Source: Polyangia bacterium | Lineage (GTDB): Bacteria > Myxococcota_A > Polyangia > JAAYKL01 | Assembly: GCA_050287845.1 (NCBI GenBank) | Contig: JBNKCR010000055.1 | Location: 160,001 to 224,000, forward strand | Length of the DNA stretch: 64,000 bases | Reading direction: 5' to 3' | Shown: positions 59,177 to 64,000 of the stretch, piece after piece | How the letters are laid out: each line of letters begins with the position of its first letter | How positions within the stretch are numbered: the first letter of the stretch is position 1 | Notes under the pieces: generated by a model | Told to the model about the DNA's origin: nothing | What the model saw: only the letters and a program-made list of their open reading frames with translations | The model's database searches: none | Program-made: the position numbers and the translations under genes

Positions 59177-60525
59177 TGAATCGCATATTATTTCTCAATA
59201 CTATTCTTATTATATGTATGTCTTTATCCGGATGTGTTTTCAAGGAAGATCCGGATGAACTGATTTATGGCACGTCAGGATCTGGAGATTCGGATTCCGA
59301 TAGCGGCACGGACGCGGATACGGCGACAGATAGCCACACGGCGACCGACTCCGCGACCACCACAGATTCGGGTACCGAGTCCAACGGGAATGACGAAACG
59401 GATTCGACCTCGGATACCCGCACGGATTTGGACAGCGACACCGAAACAGAGACGGACACCAATTCGGACACAACTACCGAATCTGGTAGGGATACGTCCA
59501 GTGACTCGGATTCAGATACGGCAGAGGTGGGAGATACGGACACCGGGGAAAATTGTACCGAATTGACCTGGGCTTGCGGAACTGGATCGAACAGCAAAGG
59601 TGTTTTACTTGATTGTGACGCGGAGATTGGATGTGAGAGCGGCTCAAGGTGCACTGAGCACGCGTGTGTTAGCTGCAACACGGATTCCCATTGCGGTGAA
59701 AACTGTGCGGCGTGTGGAGAGGATGGGTTTGTCTCAAAACCCAGATGTTTTGATGATACCGATGATACCGACTTTCCCGTATGTGTGCAGTGTCTGACGG
59801 ACGCGGATTGTTCGGTTGACCGGCCGAATTGTGATCCGGAACTGCACGAATGTTTCGAATGTTTCACCAACGCCCATTGCCGCCCGGATACGGAGATCAT
59901 TCAGATTGTTGCGACTGATTCCGATACAGGCACCGATATGGACACGGATTCTGACATCAATATCGATACGAATTCGGCTACGGCGGGGCCGGATACGGAC
60001 ACCGCGTATATTCAGGACACGGAACATCCGTGGAAGTCTCCGCTGGGGGTTTGTACACCGGATAACACATGCACCTGCTGGGTGCCAACACCGGATAGTG
60101 AAGCTGAAAACATCGAGTCGGAATTAATGGTGGGGTGCATGAATAATTCCGATTGTCCCAGTGATGAGTACAACTGTTTACGGGATTATTTCGACGATAC
60201 CCCCGTGACCCCCCTGTATCATCTGGCATGTCTCAGACTTTGTGATGCCGGGGAAGAAGGCCAAATCAGCGCTGGGTTGGAATGTCGCAGTTTCGACGGA
60301 ACACTTTTTGCCTGGATACCAATGACGACGTGTTTCGCCTTTTCAAAAATTTACGACGATTGCAGTTCGCAACCTTTCATATGCAGTGTGGATGGAGACG
60401 GAAATATCAACGACGCAGCGTGTTTGAACGGCAAATGCACTTACAGATGTGACGATGATAATTGGTGTCCGGAAATTTCAAGTGGATGCGGTACCGAGTT
60501 CTCTACATGTCTGCCTCGGAATTAA
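59173..60525 (+). CDS. Ser/Asp-repeat and Cys-rich lipoprotein
   Basis: Lipobox LSGC, DSDSD/TD tracts, C..C.TD.DC repeats. Confidence 0.8.
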   Translation: MMNRILFLNTILIICMSLSGCVFKEDPDELIYGTSGSGDSDSDSGTDADTATDSHTATDSATTTDSGTESNGNDETDSTSDTRTDLDSDTETETDTNSDTTTESGRDTSSDSDSDTAEVGDTDTGENCTELTWACGTGSNSKGVLLDCDAEIGCESGSRCTEHACVSCNTDSHCGENCAACGEDGFVSKPRCFDDTDDTDFPVCVQCLTDADCSVDRPNCDPELHECFECFTNAHCRPDTEIIQIVATDSDTGTDMDTDSDINIDTNSATAGPDTDTAYIQDTEHPWKSPLGVCTPDNTCTCWVPTPDSEAENIESELMVGCMNNSDCPSDEYNCLRDYFDDTPVTPLYHLACLRLCDAGEEGQISAGLECRSFDGTLFAWIPMTTCFAFSKIYDDCSSQPFICSVDGDGNINDAACLNGKCTYRCDDDNWCPEISSGCGTEFSTCLPRN

Positions 60526-60537
60526 CGCCAACGTAGT

Positions 60538-60573
60538 AAAAAATGATGAATAGAAACGCGCAAGGGTGTGCCA
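60538..60573 (-). repeat. dispersed 36-bp repeat, copy 2
   Basis: Minus strand TGGCACACCCTTGCGCGTTTCTATTCATCATTTTTT, between convergent genes. Confidence 0.85.
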
Positions 60574-60657
60574 TTGTGCGTGCGACAGCGGTTTCAGTCA
60601 TTGGCTTTTTGTAAAACATTAGCGTAAATATGGAATTTACCCTGTGTCATCGGTTGA

Positions 60658-63255
60658 TTACTGAATATGTCGGCTGGTCAGTTTGCTGCGAAACAGCGGG
60701 TACGCCAGGACCAGCGACAGCAGCAGTAATGCGCCAAAGATGAGCCCCACCACTTTGCCGATGTGGATCATCGCTGCGGTATTATGGGAAATAATTGTAT
60801 TTCTGACTTCATCGGCTTCCCGGGTGAGCGTTTCGTGATCAACCGTAAAGAGCACAAACGAATTCTGTATTCCAAGAGGTGCGTATCCCCACAGTACGGG
60901 ACGTTTATCCCGCTGCAGATTAATCACTCCTTCACGCCCCGCCCGGAGATCGGCTTTCAGTTTGGAAAGCGCATACCCCCAAACGTTTGAAATGCGCTCC
61001 CGGGGCACCCAGAATTCGCTGGTAGGTTTATCCGAATGGTTCTCGTAATCCGTTGAAAAAATGATTTCCACTTCATCGCCCATCATCTTTGCAATCTCTA
61101 TTTTGCAGCCATTGTCCCAGTTCGGATTCACTTCAAGCGGTTTCAACAAATCTTTCACATAAATATCCAGACCTGCAACGCCGATAAACTGATTTTCCGT
61201 GTTGGTGATAGGCAAAACGGCTGATAAAATCGGCCGACCGGTGGATTTGTCCAGGTACGGTGGCGTGAAATTCATGATGGAAGTGTTTTTTCCGCGCAAA
61301 TACCATCCCTGAGCTGTGGGATCATAATCCGAAAGCGCATCAGATGTCCCCGGGTATTCGGCGAATAACCTGCTGTTTTCAAATCCCATGTAGTAGCGGA
61401 TGACCAGACTCCGGTTGTTGGCATACAACTGCTTGATTTGCGGTACAATCCGATTCAACGCCTGACGCTGGGACATATCTGTTGTTGCTGGCGGATTCGC
61501 AGGAGGCGAAAAAACGAATCCATCGAATGTCACAAGGGTGGGGGCAGGCACCCGGCCTTCACCTGTGAGTCGGCTATATCTTGTGGAAGGTTCAAAATGA
61601 AGCAGCTGATCATCGGCAGTACTGAATCTTCCGGAATCCATATCCGGATCATAGACCAGTTTGAAGTTTTCGATGAAATGGTTCAGCGCGTTGACTACGG
61701 TCTGACGCTGATAGGTCATGGCGGTCGCCGCATTGCGCACCACCCGTTTTAAATCTTTTTCACCGTCTGAAATCAGCGACTTCCGGGTTTGATCCGCCAC
61801 ATTCTCCGCAGTGTTTTCCATGAAATGATACACTGCCCATGCCGAAGCGATGGTCGCGATACTCAGCCCCACCAGCACAATGGCCGCGACTCTCAGAAGT
61901 GCCCTGGCTCGCCCGGTTTTTCGGGACTCAGATAGCGCTTTCTGAATCTGACTGTGCAAATTTTCGGCATCCTTACCCTCGGCATCCGTGAGATACACCA
62001 GTGCCGTATTGTAGTCTCCCGAAGCAGAAACCATTTTCGCAGCATCCAGACATGCGTTCTGATGCGCTATCCTGGCGTCACGGTTTCCGTCCCACAGTGT
62101 CAACGCCTGACGATACGACGCCAGCGAATCTGCCAGATTATAAAAGAGAGTCACGCGTTCAGATTCTGAAAGATGGGCAGAATACTCGGCCTTTGCCTGT
62201 GCCAGTTTGCGTCCGGCGTTATCCGCAATCTGTCGACTCTCCTGATGTCTCAGAAAGTCCTTGAGCTCTTTTTGGAAATCCTTCACATTGCTGTATCGTC
62301 CGGCCGGATCTCTGGCCATGGCCTGTTCGCAGATACGGCGCAACTCCGCATCGAGGTGTTCGGGGAGCGGTTCGTAATAGTCCCGTTCCTCGGCGGTTGA
62401 AAAATTTCGATCGTGTCGATGCCGATGAGGCGGTTTGCCGGTCAGAATGAAATACAGACAGGCGCCGAGCAGATAAATATCGGAGTGGATGCCCAGGGCC
62501 CTGCCATTTCCATCCATCATCTCCGGCGCCATATACGACCAGGTTCCTTCCTGACCGGAAATCTGCACGACGTGCGGCACCTCCGGATTGCTATCGAATT
62601 CCCCAGCCGATGAGATGCTGCAGGCGAGCCCCCAGTCCAGCAGAAGCATCTCACCGAATTCACCCACCATAATATTACCGGGCTTAATATCCCGGTGAAT
62701 GATTTCCTGACTGTGGGCAAATGCCACAGGATTGCATATGGCTATCAGGATTTCAATACAATCGTGCGTGTCGAACTGAGCGGCCATCTCCCGATGATGG
62801 TCGGTTTGTGGACAAACCACATCCTCCAGCGTACAACCGCTGATCAGCTTCATCTGCATGGACAGGTTGCTCTCGGATTGACTCAGCCCGTAGACCGGTA
62901 CAACATTGGGATGTGCCAGTTTTCCCGTGATAATCGCTTCACTGAAAAAGCCTTCGCGAATCCGGTCCACCTTAAAGAGGTGGGGATGCAGCTGTTTGAT
63001 GGCCACATCTCTTTGAAGATCTTTTTGACGGGCCCGATAAATGCGACCCATTCCGCCAGCCCCCAGCTCTTCGCCCACAGTGAACTCCGATTTGCTGTAC
63101 AACTGTCTGTCAAGGATGGTGGTCGCAGAATCGGTTGGCTGACGGATAGTCATTGTCACTTCCCTGGCCAATGCCCGGATGGTGGATACGGTCGATTCGT
63201 TCAACCTGCTGCCGACTGTGCTTCCTATGAACTTTTTCAGTTTAACGGAACTCAA
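60658..63255 (-). CDS. Ser/Thr kinase-TM-dCache-like-TM receptor
   Basis: GAGGMG, VAIK, HRDIKPGN, DWG, YMAPE; TM; Cache motifs YDPTAQGWY...PPYLDKSTGRPILS...GVAGLDI; second TM near the C-terminus. Confidence 0.88.
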   Translation of the reverse strand: MSSVKLKKFIGSTVGSRLNESTVSTIRALAREVTMTIRQPTDSATTILDRQLYSKSEFTVGEELGAGGMGRIYRARQKDLQRDVAIKQLHPHLFKVDRIREGFFSEAIITGKLAHPNVVPVYGLSQSESNLSMQMKLISGCTLEDVVCPQTDHHREMAAQFDTHDCIEILIAICNPVAFAHSQEIIHRDIKPGNIMVGEFGEMLLLDWGLACSISSAGEFDSNPEVPHVVQISGQEGTWSYMAPEMMDGNGRALGIHSDIYLLGACLYFILTGKPPHRHRHDRNFSTAEERDYYEPLPEHLDAELRRICEQAMARDPAGRYSNVKDFQKELKDFLRHQESRQIADNAGRKLAQAKAEYSAHLSESERVTLFYNLADSLASYRQALTLWDGNRDARIAHQNACLDAAKMVSASGDYNTALVYLTDAEGKDAENLHSQIQKALSESRKTGRARALLRVAAIVLVGLSIATIASAWAVYHFMENTAENVADQTRKSLISDGEKDLKRVVRNAATAMTYQRQTVVNALNHFIENFKLVYDPDMDSGRFSTADDQLLHFEPSTRYSRLTGEGRVPAPTLVTFDGFVFSPPANPPATTDMSQRQALNRIVPQIKQLYANNRSLVIRYYMGFENSRLFAEYPGTSDALSDYDPTAQGWYLRGKNTSIMNFTPPYLDKSTGRPILSAVLPITNTENQFIGVAGLDIYVKDLLKPLEVNPNWDNGCKIEIAKMMGDEVEIIFSTDYENHSDKPTSEFWVPRERISNVWGYALSKLKADLRAGREGVINLQRDKRPVLWGYAPLGIQNSFVLFTVDHETLTREADEVRNTIISHNTAAMIHIGKVVGLIFGALLLLSLVLAYPLFRSKLTSRHIQ

Positions 63256-63390
63256 GATACTGTTCCTTCTTCGCCCACAATTATAATGATGATAAATATT
63301 TTAAATAATATGACACAAAACCGAAACTGGGAAAATGGTGATTCGTTCAGAAGTATCGAAAAAATATCGGATTATTCGGATTGCGAGACG

Positions 63391-64000
63391 TCAATCCGGT
63401 AGTGGAATATCGTAAACGTCGAGAGACCTGCCAATTCGTGCATCCCCGAAATGGACACGGGCTTCCTTTTTCAGGATTTTTTCGTCCTCAAATGTGTACC
63501 TGGGGCTGATGTGAACGAGTATCAGCCGTCGGACCGATGCTGCAGATGCAATTTCCGCTGCAGCCGAAGCGGTTGAATGTTTTTTCTCCGCTGCTTCCCC
63601 TGTATGTTCAAGGGAGAACATTCCTTCAACAAAGGCAATGTCTGCATCCTGACACAAATTTTTCAGACCATCACAGGGAGCGGTATCTGTCGCAAACGTT
63701 ACAATACGGCCGCGTCGGGCAGGTCCCAGAACCTGCGACGGTGAAATCTCGGTGCCGTCGTCGAGGGTAACCGATGTGCCGGCCTGCAGCTTTCCGAACA
63801 TGGGTCCCATGGGAACCCCCAGCGCAACCGCTTTTTCCAGATTGAACTTTCCCGGACGCGTGTGTTCCTCAATGCGGTACCCGAGGCAGAAAGTGGAGTG
63901 CAGAAGTGGCTCCCATCTGATGTTGCAGCCATTCCAGACCAATGCGGTGCCTTTTTTGCTTTTGCTCCACTCGATAAATTCTATTTCAAAATTAATTCGA
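63391..64000 (-). CDS. rnz: ribonuclease Z (5'-partial)
   Basis: LLHSTFCLGYRIEE..RPGKF, GVPMGPMFGKLQ exosite, ATDT, EGMF, HST, LVHISPRY; runs off the window. Confidence 0.93.
   Translation of the reverse strand, partial: RINFEIEFIEWSKSKKGTALVWNGCNIRWEPLLHSTFCLGYRIEEHTRPGKFNLEKAVALGVPMGPMFGKLQAGTSVTLDDGTEISPSQVLGPARRGRIVTFATDTAPCDGLKNLCQDADIAFVEGMFSLEHTGEAAEKKHSTASAAAEIASAASVRRLILVHISPRYTFEDEKILKKEARVHFGDARIGRSLDVYDIPLPD

Overview
A 64-kb, gene-dense bacterial chromosome segment. The gene style suggests an anaerobic, salt-adapted Myxococcota/Deltaproteobacteria-like organism (inference): many Hanks-type Ser/Thr kinases, several sigma54 activators, and Cys-rich and Ser/Asp-repeat lipoproteins. 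Housekeeping genes are hflKC, leuCD, metY-metA, secG, tpiA, ddl, a PurO-like IMP cyclohydrolase and a partial rnz. Signalling genes include a His-rich sensor/NtrC pair with a YHS lipoprotein behind a consensus sigma54 promoter, an ECF sigma factor with a decayed FecR-TPR anti-sigma, cheR-cheD-HDOD with a CheY-like protein, three hybrid histidine kinases and four large kinase fusions. Best leads: (1) a full-length PGK homologue in the pgk-tpiA-secG position with almost every substrate/ATP-binding motif substituted (a candidate pseudoenzyme); (2) an ablAB N-epsilon-acetyl-beta-lysine osmolyte locus with an EctR/CosR-type MarR gene and an EctR-like operator; (3) a lipobox-bearing Memo-AMMECR1 fusion with no adjacent radical SAM partner; (4) unusual kinase architectures (pseudokinase+kinase-TM-TPR, kinase-TM-dCache-TM, kinase-HDOD-GAF); (5) a 184-bp MITE-like element, REP-like hairpins and a 36-bp dispersed repeat. 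No tRNA, rRNA, CRISPR array or intact transposase was seen. All family assignments come from motif recognition by eye; no searches were run.
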